The notes under the pieces are model-generated. The model was not told the origin of the DNA. It ran no database searches and saw only the letters and a list, made by a program, of their open reading frames with translations. Positions 9,900 through 21,299 of a stretch of 38,058 nucleotides of DNA are shown here, piece by piece. Each line of letters opens with the position of its first letter. The stretch's first letter is position 1. The DNA is from Octopus sinensis (Eukaryota). The stretch spans positions 1 through 38,058 of the forward strand of contig NW_021835365.1 of assembly GCF_006345805.1 (NCBI RefSeq), written 5' to 3'. Position numbers and translations under genes: made by a program.

Positions 9900-11412
9900 T
9901 TAAATACTGTCGGTCCATTTGAGCAACTCAATCTTAAAAATGTATGAATAACAGAATACAGAGACGTCAACTTTAAAGTCAGAGTCGACAATCGTCGCAA
10001 CCTGAATAAGGCTCACATTCCCAAAAGAATTCGGAAATACGTCCACATCTTTGTCTTGTTCATAGTAAAACACGATCTGTCTGGCACTGTTCAGTCCACT
10101 GACCAGCAACTTGGCATCAATCACTAATCTAATTTCGTAATGAATTGGCCGGTCTCTCAGAATCAACAAAAATCTAAACAGTCACAAAACATTCCCACCT
10201 TTCGACAGCAACCTCATTTTCAAAATTGATCTCAAAAAACCCATTTTTCACAATTTTGATTCCAGAAATTTTAATTTTACTACTTCCAGCAAACCCGATT
10301 GCCCCCATACAATCAACACTGTGTCCCCCAGGGGAGTAGTAGACACATGACTTGATAGGAATGTCTACCAGGCATGACCTCACGACCTTATTCTACCCAT
10401 GAAAACGGGAAACTCACTCTCAACTCCTGAACCTTGTATTTATACGACGAAGAAAATCCGTAGTGGTCAAACACTTCCGATTTCTGTAAGATCGGCAGCT
10501 TATTCAAATCCTGAAAATGAAATTGTCTCCACTAACAGCAAAGGCGATCATTAGGTGGTCAGTGGGTAGCAGGTGTCTCTCAAAATAGAAGTACTCGATG
10601 ATTTTCTCCATTATATTCCTGTTGGGAACTTTGGCTGCAAATCCCCACCAGGAAACTCAACCGACTGAGCCGTACCGACAGAATGAAATGAACGAGAATT
10701 TTGCGGTCGATTCGTAGACCTTCTGAGTATTTCTAATCACGACATCCGCGTAGTTTGTGCTTGGAATCACGTCGTCCTCCAACTGGGATAACACTGAGAC
10801 CATACCCAGACACAGTCTTCCGCCCTCGTTTGACAGTACTTCATCAAAAATACAAAATCCACGTTCATTTTTGTTTGCCAAGCCAACTTTCTTATCAATA
10901 CTCAACAATTGATTACGTAATCGGCTCAACGTCCATTTTTGGGTGACTTTTAAAATCAAAATCTTTATAGTTTTCTGGGGTGGTCGAAATAATCTCGAGA
11001 TCCCCGCTTTCAATTTGTGGTCCAAATCTACATTAGCGGAGAAACTAAACCTCTTTCTAAGTATTTCCACATATTGGTGATTCTACGGATGTTACAAAGA
11101 CAATACATCCAAGATCATCGCAATGAATAGGATGCCCTCACCTTTTTGTGGTGCCAGTCGAAAAAACCAGTTCAGAGTATGCTCGGCGTAGAACCTCTTT
11201 CGTGTGGAAATGGCCAGACAAAATGCTGTCTTGCCTTAGTCATGTAGTTGTGTAAAAATACGTTTTAATTTGCTCAAAGATGCGTTTTCTATTCTTAGAT
11301 TCACGATCTTGCCGTCGGGAAGTGACAATGTGGTAAGTATGGTGTTCATTCGAGGGGATTCGGGTAGTTTTGGTACCATTTGGATACCAGGGGGATTTGG
11401 CATCATTTTTTT
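9900..11412 (-). CDS. Unidentified multi-exon protein (~400-450 aa)
   Basis: ORFs 10657..11070, 10174..10383 and 9900..10169 plus a short exon join in frame through GT-AG micro-introns at 10635-10661, 10511-10536, 10393-10417 and 10174-10198. The 5' end (11412 or ~11240) is uncertain. I recognise no domain. Confidence 0.65.
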
Positions 11413-11849
11413 CTTCCCCGTGAGGAAATTAGTGCCTGGTGGTTCAATTTAAAAACTCACAGATGTAAAACGTGGTATAGAAAATTAGGACAATGATCAA
11501 TATTTTAGATCTGGAAGTAACGATCATTTTAAGGTTAAATAATTTATTTTTTATTTTAAAGATATTAAATTATAAATTATTTTTTTCCATTTAAACAAAA
11601 TATAATTAAACTGTAAATTAAGAGAATCTGCAGGATGTTGCAATCTAATTTGTTTTAAACTAAAAAGACAACCTCACTCGGTATGCAAAAATGTTGTTTA
11701 TTTCATTTTCCAAAAAGAGGGTTAAATGAATGAATTAGTTGGATTAACAATTAGATTCAATCATATTAATGCATATCGGTTAATTGCATAAATAGGTTAT
11801 TTGCATAAATTTATGTTTAAAATCATAATTTATATGCTTTCCATTCAAA

Positions 11850-12245
11850 GTATACTCAGTTTCAAGGATTTTGAAGAATGAGGAATAGAAATCGGCGAAG
11901 ATATATTCCATAAAGAAGTCGTGGAAGAATTTAATAATATTGAAAATGAAATAGCGATGGATGTTGCTAATGAGTAGGACGAATGTATCGGAATCATGTC
12001 CGATGATGAAATATGTTTAATGTCAAGAGATATTTCTTGTGAAGACGATGGGGATGATGAAAATTTCATATCCGTGAAAATAACCAGTTCGGAAGCTATG
12101 GGTGCATGCAGATTGATACGCCAGTTTCTTACTAACAGCTATTTAACAAGTGAAATAGATATGGACAACTTTTATGAACTAGAAAAAAGCGTCCTACGTC
12201 TTTGCCAGAAGACTAGGCAGTCTAAAATTAATGATTTTTTAAACG
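11850..12245 (+). mobile_element. Tigger/pogo transposase C-terminal remnant
   Basis: Acidic SDDEIC...EDDGDDE tract, ITSSEAMGACRLIRQFL, and terminal RQSKINDFL (KQ..I.DFF motif of Tigger-type proteins). Confidence 0.6.
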
Positions 12246-12269
12246 TTTTTAATTATTGTGACCGGTTTT

Positions 12270-12942
12270 ATTTTGGACCAGGTTTTATTCCGGAATATCC
12301 AAACATAGTTATGAAATTGAGATCTGAATTTTCATCACGTTTTATGGATTTAAATAAAAAATTTTTCAACATTTTTTCAATCCCATTTGATGTTGAAATT
12401 GAGACAGTACCAGATTGTTATCAAATGGAATTACTTGAAATTGCGACACTAAACTTAAATCAAAATATTTTTCTGAATTAGATATTTTGAGCTTCTACAA
12501 AAATTTTGTATGTGTCACAAAATATCCACAATTGACCGACAATGTTAAGAAAATGGCTTTTATATTTGGAAACACATTTTTTATGTGAACAGTTATTCTT
12601 CAAAATGAATAATGTAAAAAATTGTCTGAGAACGAGAATGACCGATTCACATCTTAACGATATATTACGTTTAGCAAAAGTCAGATTAATGAATAAAATA
12701 AATTCACTTCTTTGTAATCATTTTTAACTAATAAATCTGCAAGCGTTGCCCTGGAACGGTTCGTTCCAAGCAAAACAGATAGTTTGTGCGTAATCTTTCA
12801 CGATTGCAAATGCTATGTCTCAGGAAGAGAATTCTCGTATATCGTGATTTTTGTGACCGATAAGGATTTTTTCTTGTTTAGCCCGGATCGCATACAAAAA
12901 TAAAATTTTGGGCCGCAAAGACAAAAATCCTTCCGACCCCTG
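12270..12942 (+). mobile_element. hAT Buster/SPIN (GTF2IRD2-like) transposon 3' half with right TIR
   Basis: LRSEFSSRFMDL, FSIPFDVEIETVPDCYQMELLE and FLCEQLFFKMNNVKNCLRTRMTDSHLNDILRLA (hAT dimerisation region). Ends in TCCGACCCCTG (12932-12942), the reverse complement of a CAGGGGTCGG hAT TIR. Confidence 0.8.
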
Positions 12943-12972
12943 CTTTAAATTCTCACAATATTGTACCACATA

Positions 12973-13905
12973 CAGTGCAACCCCTTATTGGGGCGACCCC
13001 GGACGTGGGGCATCCTCGGGTTTTGGGGCAATTTGAATTTCTATTAGGAGTTTTTCTGTTTATTCTTTATAAGATAAACCCCGTTATGGGGCATTTAATA
13101 TTATATATATTTTTTAGTTATAATTTTTGAATTTTATTTTATAATAACTAATAATAACGTGTTTCTGTTGTTATGCCGAAGAGAATTTCTGTCAAAGACA
13201 AATTAGAGATTGCAAAGGCTTTAAAAACGAAAAATATGTCTGAAAGACAAGTTTTAAACAATTTCAAGACAAGCAAAGGGACTATTTCTAGAATCAAACG
13301 AGAAATATGTAATTTTGATGGATGTGAAGGTTCTGAGGGCTTCAGAGAACCCGATAATAGTGATAAACATTCATTTCTCGACAAGGTCGTTTTTACTTCA
13401 TTTCAAAAGTAATAATTAACTATGCATAAATTTCTATAGATTAAGAAATGATAATTTAGTAGTTTCCGGACCATTATTACAATCTACTACCAAGAAAGCA
13501 GCTCAAATTTTAAATTTACCAGAATTTAAAGCTTCCAATGGATGGCTTGATCGTTTTAAGAAACGGCATCAACTTTTTTAAAAACAATTTCTGGTGAAAA
13601 AAAGTCATGTGACACATCCATGCTGAAAAGCTTCTTTAAAACTTATGATAATCACATGGAAGCATATTCCAGCAAGGATATCTTCAACTACGATGAGACT
13701 TGATTATTTGTCAAAAAATCCGACTGTAGATCCTTCGTAGAGTTAACGGACACTTCTAGTGGTGTCAAAAAAAATAAAGAAAGAGTTACCGTTCTTTTAT
13801 GTACAAATTCAATTGGTGAGAAAATGAAACCTTTGGTAATCGGAAAATACAAGCCTCCTCGTTGTTTGAAAAATTTTAATATTGAATAGCATAATGTATT
13901 ATATA
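12973..13905 (+). mobile_element. pogo/Tigger transposon, 5' half (interrupted by Tc1)
   Basis: TA then CAGTGCAACCCCTTATTGGGGC TIR. MPKRISVKDKLEIAK...KTSKGTISRIKR (HTH), FKASNGWLDRFKKRH, DIFNYDET, KERVTVLLCTNSIGEKMKPLVIGK. Confidence 0.9.
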
Positions 13906-14615
13906 CAGTGGTCGTCAAAAAAAATTGCTCACCAATGTTTATGTCTTTATATAGCATTATTCTGATTTATTTTTTTTGTAAACATCTTTAAGTAGTATTT
14001 TATTATTATACCTTAATTTTTATAATAAAATTTGTCTTTTTTATTTACAAACTTAAACAAAACAAAAAATTGCAAGACAAAAAACATTAGCACAAATTGG
14101 AAATCTCATTATCAGTAATTAATATGTCCTCCCCTTGCTAAATATAAAGAATAACTCCTTTTTTTCATTGAATTTACTAAGTTTTGTAAAAAACTTTTAG
14201 GAATTGACTGCCAATTTTCATAATATTTGTCTTTAGATCTTTTTTACTTTTCGGGGATTTTTAGCTAATTCTCTTTTCATAAAGCACCTACATGCTCTAT
14301 TGGGTTAAGATCCGGTGATTGCGATGGCCAATCAAGAATAATATATTTTTTGGTCTCAAAATATGCCTAACCATACGAGATGTATGGCATGAAGCATTAT
14401 CCTGTTGAAAAATAAACGAGGATAAGCCCATTTTTTCAGCTGATTGGTCCAGATTATTAGACAGTAAAGTTATATATATCCAGAGTTCATAGTTTCTACG
14501 ATAAAAACCAAATTGCCTACACCACTATACGATATACAGCCCCAAATCATAACTCTCCTAATCCGAACTTAACAGTCGGCAGCAAATGTGCATTTTTTAA
14601 CTCCGTTTTATTTTT
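13906..14615 (-). mobile_element. Tc1-family transposon, 3' half (DD34E domain) with terminal TIR
   Basis: TA then CAGTGGTCGTCAAAA TIR at 13906. Minus-strand VMIWGCISYSGVG, FQQDNASCHTS, DWPSQSPDLNPIEH and RGGHINY. Confidence 0.9.
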
Positions 14616-15115
14616 TCTGTAAACAAGCTGATGTTTTCTGACTTGTCTCGTGCTATAGAGAGGGCTTTCTCCATTGCCCAAGACTCAACCCTCGCTACAT
14701 ATTCCCTCAGCCTTTTCCAAGAGAGGTCCTTAGATCGCGACAGATCCGTAACCAATATGTCGTCCGCATAGATAATTAGTAGACTCTCCGGATTTACTGG
14801 TTTCGGGATGTCGGCAACGTATAAGTTGAAAAGTAGAGGGCTCAGGACCGACCCTTGAGGCACTCCCCTCCTTAGATTGATTGTATCCGAGGTCCGGTTA
14901 CCACATCTGATAAAAGACTTTCGCATGTGTAAGAAATTCTCTAGCCATTTGACAATCCTTTGCCCCGGATGGATACTGATGATCCTTTCCAGGAGGCCTA
15001 GGTGCCAAACGCTGTCGAACGCCTTTGAAATGTCCAGACAAACAGCTGTCATCCCCATCTTGTGTGTAAGGGCCCTCGAGATTTGCGTTTCCAGTTGGGC
15101 AAAGCAGTTTCCACT
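14615..15115 (-). mobile_element. Non-LTR (Jockey/CR1-like) reverse transcriptase fragment
   Basis: AVCLDISKAFDSVWH, GVPQGSVLSPLLFNLY and YADD, i.e. RT domains 3-5. Confidence 0.93.
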
Positions 15116-15359
15116 TAAATTTTTGAAAAAATGATGTTTTATATTTGAACCATGTTTGCTTTAAAATAGTAAAATTATTTACAACATTAGCAAATTATAA
15201 TGTGAATTATTTTTATTTTTGATATTATAAATTGCAACATTAGCAAATTACAAGTTTGTAACAACTTTAACTCTAATCTTAACTTTAACTCTAACTATAA
15301 ATGATTTCAACGTTATTTATAAACATATTCATCATAAAAAAGACACTAAAGAAAACAGA

Positions 15360-15558
15360 CCCTAACCCTAATCCCTGACCCTGACGCTGACCCTGACGCT
15401 AACCCTGACGCTAACCCTGACGCTAACCCTGACGCTAACCCTGACGCTAACCCTGACGCTAACCCTGACGCTAACCCTGACGCTAACCCTGACGCTAACC
15501 CTGACCCTAACCCTGACCCTAACCCTGACCCTAACCCTGACCCTGACCCTAACCCTAA
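15360..15558. repeat. Interstitial telomere-like hexamer array (CCCTAA/CCCTGA/CGCTAA)
   Basis: About 33 hexamers: canonical CCCTAA at both edges, nine CCCTGA-CGCTAA 12-mers in the core, then CCCTGA-CCCTAA units. Source of the VRVRVS ORF. Confidence 0.95.
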
Positions 15559-15661
15559 TATGATTTAACGGCATTCACGCCATTTAACGGCTCGTATTCA
15601 ACCTGGGCTCGTATTCAACCGGTCACAATTATTATTAAACACCAAATAAAGTTTTAATTAA

Positions 15662-15810
15662 TTAGCATGACCCGAGGATAGCGTGTGAATTTCCGCGGAC
15701 AATTGCACACGAAATCCTTGGAAGAGCCACGACGTCTCCCGCGGATCACCTGTTTTTTTGGAGATTAGACCACCCAATCTTTGAATGAACGAGAAACTCT
15801 CTGTTCCAAA
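15662..15810 (-). mobile_element. CRE-clade retrotransposon 3' tip
   Basis: FIQRLGGLISKKTGDPRETSWLFQ / ISCAIVRGNSHAILGSC* (one frameshift). Confidence 0.8.
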
Positions 15811-15959
15811 GACTCCAGAATTCATTTTATTCATTACATTTTAATTCATTTTATTTTGATCATTGACTTTTCAATTTTTTTACCCCAGTCGCATCAAAAA
15901 ACAAATCAACCTCTCCAGAATATTTACCAATGTGGTGGACTCAGAAAAGAATATTTCTA

Positions 15960-17867
15960 CAGTATAACCTCCATTTGGGGCAGACCTCTGGCTTGGGGAA
16001 CCTCTATTTTTGGGGAAACCTCTATTTTTGGGGTAGTTTGAAAAGGATATAATTTTTATGCGGTAATTTCCAAATTTAGAAATTACCGGAACCTCTAAGT
16101 GGGGCACAGGATTTTTAATTTATATACATATTTGCTATTAAAATTAAAATTAATTATATAAAATTTCATTGGAAGCCTCGTGTAATTTTTGTATTCTTGT
16201 TGTTATGGCTCGTAAGCTTAGTCTTGAGTTAAAGATCAAAATTGCCAAGGAATTAAGTGAAAATAAACATCTTACTGAACGAGATATTGTAGATAAGTAC
16301 AAAATTAGTAAAGGTTTTTTATTAATGTAAGTTTTTAGGCGCTGTGTCACGTATTAAAAAAAATTATCTCAATTTTTTAATACTGGGGCTGTTCAAACAG
16401 ATTTTCCCAGAAATATTCAACGCTCTCCTCATACTTTACCCCAAAAATTGGATAAAATTGTTTTTGAGGCTTTCACCAAGACAAGGGAAGAATTTATTCC
16501 TGTGTCCGGTCCTCTTTTAAAAAATATTGCTTCCAAAGTAGCAAGGATGTTGAATTATTCGGCGTTCAAAGGGTCCAATGGCTGGTTGGAAAAATTTAAG
16601 AAAAGACATATGTTGTCATTTAAGACAATTAGTGGAGAGAAAAACTCTTCCGATGTTTCTTCGCTTGATATGTTTTTTTTCCAAGTATGATGAATACGTA
16701 AAAGAATATGGTCTTCAAAATATTTTTAATTGCGACGAAACTGGGTTATATATTAAAAGGATACCTTCAAAATCATTTGTAAGTTCGGATGAAGATTGTT
16801 TCGGAATAAAAGGAGTAAAGAAAAATTCACTATTCTTTTGTCGGTCAGTGCTTGTGGCGAAAAATTGAAGCCATTGTTAGTAGGAAAATATAAATCCCCA
16901 CGTTGTATGAAAAACTTTAACCCTGAAGAACATGGAGTTTCATATTCATCATCTAAAAACAGTTGGATGACATCAGAAATATTTATTACATGGCTCACCA
17001 TTACAAATGAACAAATGATTACGCAAAAGAGAAAAATTGTTTTGTTACTTGATAACGCAAGCTGTCACAAATATATCCATCTTCCAACATTGAATTGTTT
17101 TTTCTCTCTCAAAAAATACAACCTCATTAATTCAACCGTTAGACATGGGTATTATTAAATCTTTCAAGTCCAATTATCTTAACGCTTTATTGGATTTTAC
17201 TCTTTATTTTGAGGACGTTGAGTTACAATTGTTAATTTAAAAAAAATAAATCTTCGTCATGTCATAATAATTGTTGGAAAAACATGGCAAAATTTAAATC
17301 CTGAAACAATAACGAATTGTTGGGAAACAATTAATAACTGTCGGCAACAGATTCCTAGTTCAATTTTTTAGTTAACAGTGAGAAAGAAATTTGGACACGA
17401 TAATTGCAGACGTAATTGCTGAAAATGAAGAAGAAAATAATGATGAGTCAATATATGACCAAACTGAATGCAACTGTTCACACTTGGACACGATAACAGC
17501 AATGAATAACCTTGAAGAGAATATTCACCGTTTGTTTCCCGATGCGTTAAAAGACTATTACAATTTCAGAAAAATATTGGGCATACATATGAAGAAATCT
17601 GCAACAGGAAACAATAACAGATTATTTTCGTGTATAATAGAATAAAAATTTTTTCTACTTGAAAAAATCTAATTATCAATAAAATTAGTGGAAAACATGT
17701 TTAAATGTTCTTAAAAATACTTTATTTATTTATAAATTAATGAAAAATATGCTAAAACTATTAAAATTTTTATAAAAATAAAGAAAATTTCAGACCTCCA
17801 TTTTTGGGGAAACCTCTATTTTTGGGGCAATTTTTCAAAATTGATGCCCCAAATGGAGGTTATACTG
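15960..17867 (+). mobile_element. Full-length pogo/Tigger transposon (1908 bp) with intron-containing transposase
   Basis: Perfect 23-bp TIRs CAGTATAACCTCCATTTGGGGCA with TA on both sides. Transposase from ATG 16205 with a 25-nt intron (16314-16338). Motifs FKGSNGWLEKFKKRH, FNCDETG, LDNASCH and QPLDMG. Several 1-nt indels. Confidence 0.95.
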
Positions 17868-17949
17868 TATAAAGATCCGATGTTAAGAGACGGAAATACA
17901 GAGAAATGATAGGTTTCTTTATGGGTAATACATTTTATGAATTGGCCTC

Positions 17950-18900
17950 CCCGTCATAATGGATGCAGTTTAAAAGTTACAATATTAACATAAGTACCAT
18001 TCTTTTACATCTCAAATTGGATTTTTTTGAGAGTTTTTTGACTAAGAAAAATCTTTTTTAATTTAAATTAATGGATTATCAACGGACACTCCGAAACAAA
18101 TAAATATTGTTACCTAGGACATATTATAGGATCTCAAACTGCTATAAGAGCTTCATTGTATTAAATTGATAAGACTACTTGGAATAGGATCCATTTCATC
18201 TTAAGCAGACGAAAAAGCGGACAAGACCGCATCTACTTTTTCCTAGCATTCAAGAAAAAAAGATGCCGTCTTGGAGTCAGACTAAGTCACAATTCACGTA
18301 CAAATTATCAAAAAACAGTTTTAAAATTTACAAAACATTGCAGCTTCAGAATTGACCAAAACAAAGTCAAAAAAATTTCAAATTAACCAATCAAAAAAAG
18401 ATCGGGAAAATTTTAGACGAGGACTCGTAAAGTCCTATGTTTTCCTTGTACAACAAATATTAGGAAAAATGAAATAAAAAACCAAGAAGACATATCTTTC
18501 AGAGAAATTGATACATGGGTTAGTCTGAATTGCACAACTTAGGAAATACCACTACTACATAAACAACGGGATCGACACTCAGCACGTCGCATCACTAGAC
18601 AGATAAGTCCTGGACAGCGATTTTAAAAGACTTTAAAAGGAATCGGAAAAATGTGAACAGAATTATCAATATAACCAACACCTGTCTCATCAAACTGCCA
18701 TGCCAGTGGAAAGGATCATACGGGTGTACACACTAATTGGATTATTGTACTAGCATTCTGAGGTTCATCGGCACAGAAGGACTTAATAGACCAATCGAAC
18801 TAAAAGACTTTTATAAGCACTGTCTCCAGAGCATCGAGTGCGTCAAGGACACATTGCTCAAAAAGTATTGCATGTCATTCTACCACGTGGCTCTTTCAAG
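17950..18900 (+). mobile_element. Heavily decayed non-LTR retrotransposon-like sequence (tentative)
   Basis: Only KYCYLGHII (RT domain 7-like, ~18100-18125) and vague downstream patches. No long ORF. Confidence 0.3.
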
Positions 18901-19989
18901 TTCAGAACGTGTTTCTCGAAGGAAATAAAAAAGCCAGCTTCCTTCGAACAAGACAAAAGCAAGATTTAGTTCATTTTTTAACTTGACTGCCATGCTAATG
19001 AGAAATCTCCTCCAAGAAATGCTAATCCAGAGTTTGGAAAGTTATTCAAAGATGATATTGACGCCCGAGGTAGACAGCAGTTTCTAGGAGTCGGGCTTAG
19101 AACGGTTTTGCATTATAATCAGACTCGTAGGATGACAAAATATCATTTGAGCCCAGCCACAAAAATTCAAAGACACGATCCTGCAAGTCTTGAAACTCAT
19201 CATTATAGAAATCGTGAATCTAAAACCAATCAACACGAGAAAAATTTTATATGAAAAATTCAAAATTTTATATAAGCATGAACATATTTATACAATATGG
19301 AACATTTGACTGTCATACAACAAAATTTTTAAGAACTCGTTTCATTTAACTTATTTTAAACCAAGAGGTATCTGCATGAAGAATGCACTGCAAACCTGAA
19401 CGCTTTTCACATGCAACACCTAAAATCCCTACTGAAGATAAATTTAAATCTAAATTCTTGAAGACCACTATAAGGAATGTTCAAACGAATGTCTACTCTT
19501 ATGGGATACCAGATGTCCCTTCGACAAAATAATAACCTCTTGCACCACTATTTCTTTAAGTGGTGCAACAATTTTTCAATGGATCGTGCAGATCCCTCCA
19601 ACTCTGGGGTTAGTTTAGATTTTAAATACAAACCATGCACCAATTTAATGGCATATCTTCTCCAAAAATTCAACGTGTTTCCTTCCTTCACAGGTTTTGA
19701 ACCATCTTTAAAATCCATAGATCAGAAAAGGCTCTATGAGTTTACCAAAATCATATAAGAGCTTATAACATTGCAATAGCATTGTTCTTTCTGTTGATTA
19801 GATTAGTTTTAACTGATCTATACATCCACAATTATTCCTAAATATGTTAGATTTTTCACGGATTTTGTAACTCCGTGTTAATATAAAGATCAGGTTTCCT
19901 TTTGTTCTTGCCAATCCAGCAAACAGTACTTTTTTCAAAATATAACGAAAAGTTTTTATTCTCATACAATTTGGCAATTTTTTTAGTTA

Positions 19990-21295
19990 GTTACCCGACC
20001 TCTCTAGCTTGTAGGAGGCCGGCTGTCCTCAGGCGCTCAGGAGCTAGTGGTGGGCGCTTCCGTAAGTCCATAATGCCCACCGGAGGCCCCTGGACGCTGT
20101 GTTTCTCACGGCGACTAAAAGACCCTCTATACTCTCCCCATTGGATCCCTTGGATCTTCTGGCTGTCCTCGAAGTGGCGCTTAGCCTCTTCCATGAGTCA
20201 CTTTCCCTCTCCGGGGATTTTGAACCCAATCCGGGACCTTCGAACTGCCTCATCATTCTACAAATAAACATTAATGGGATCTCTTGTAAACAAGATGAGA
20301 TAATGGAATTCTTACCCTCTCATGATGTGGACATCGCCTTAATACAGGAAACCCGCCTGATATCGACACGTCCTACCCCTCGATTCAAGGGATTTTCAAC
20401 TGTCCATATGGACCGCCCTAACGGACTCATCACTCTCATCCGTGACAACATTCCCTTCACTAACACTACCAATTCCATACGTTCCACATTTCCCCCGACG
20501 GCCACTTGGAGTTCCTCACAGTACTAATAACAATCAATAATGTTGCCTACACAATCGTCAACCTGTATATTCCTCATCCTACAAGTTGTTCGAAAGGCTA
20601 CATTCCAGACCTCTCCTGGATCTTGCCATTAAAGAACACAATTGTGTGTGGAGACTTCAATGCTAAAAACCCATCATGGTTTAATGAAGGGAAACTAGAT
20701 CAACGGGGGGAGTATATCTCCGCGGAGCTCGACCACCTTGTTGCCCTAAACGACCCACACCAGCACACACGTACTGCCTTGCGAACTGGCTTTTGGACAT
20801 TCTGGTCGGTTGCTTACGACCTTCCTTCTGACCACAATCCCGTACTTTTGAAGATCAAAAAATACTTCCAAAGTTCTATAACCAAAAAGATATTTGTCAA
20901 CTACAAACACGGTCTGTGGTCGAAATTCCAACAAGAAACAGATCAGTATCTCTTAAACTTCTCAGTCCTAAATTTTAAATCGATCGATTACACAATAAAA
21001 CACTTCAACAATTGCATAATCTCTGCAGACCGAAAACACATTCCCAAAGGATTTATCCGTGGGGCAAAACCACTTTTTACAAAGGAGATCATTGACCTCA
21101 TAAAAGAGAGACGTGCAATAAAGAGGAATGGCGTCCGGGACTCCAACTCGGGCTCCAGATTATCAAGTATTAACGGGATAATCACTGACCATATTCTACA
21201 AAACAAAAGAGCCAGGTAAAAAAAGTTTGTATCTAGATTGGATCATCGCACCAAGCAAACTGAATTTTGGAACGCATTGAAATCTATTTGTTTGA
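19990..21295 (+). mobile_element. APE-type LINE 5' portion (2A-like peptide + endonuclease + linker), 3'-truncated
   Basis: SLSGDFEPNPGP, then ILQININGI, ALIQETRL, VNLYIP, CGDFNAKNPSW and DLPSDHNPV (APE motifs), followed by the W.KF...T linker. Frameshifts present. Confidence 0.9.
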
Positions 21296-21299
21296 AATA

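Noticed and set aside
11243-11412. Weak resemblance of TLSLPDGKIVNLRIENASL to a PI3K adaptor-binding (ubiquitin-like) domain
   Set aside because: The similarity is short, downstream exons show no PI3K domains, and the locus is far too small.
15368-15574. 68-aa VRVRVS ORF as a protein-coding gene
   Set aside because: It is just the translation of the hexamer array.
15560-15627. Short direct repeats as a CRISPR-like array
   Set aside because: Only two copies of each repeat, no unique spacers of regular length, no cas genes, and a eukaryotic context.
19540-19568. 10-bp perfect hairpin TTGCACCACT-N9-AGTGGTGCAA as a Helitron end or terminator
   Set aside because: No CTRR terminus at the expected distance on either strand. 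One such stem in 38 kb is plausible by chance.
19050-19780. Coding-like minus-strand stretch (..KPVKEGNTLNFWRRYAIKLVHGLYLK..)
   Set aside because: It is interrupted by stops and I recognise no family motif, so it is left unannotated.
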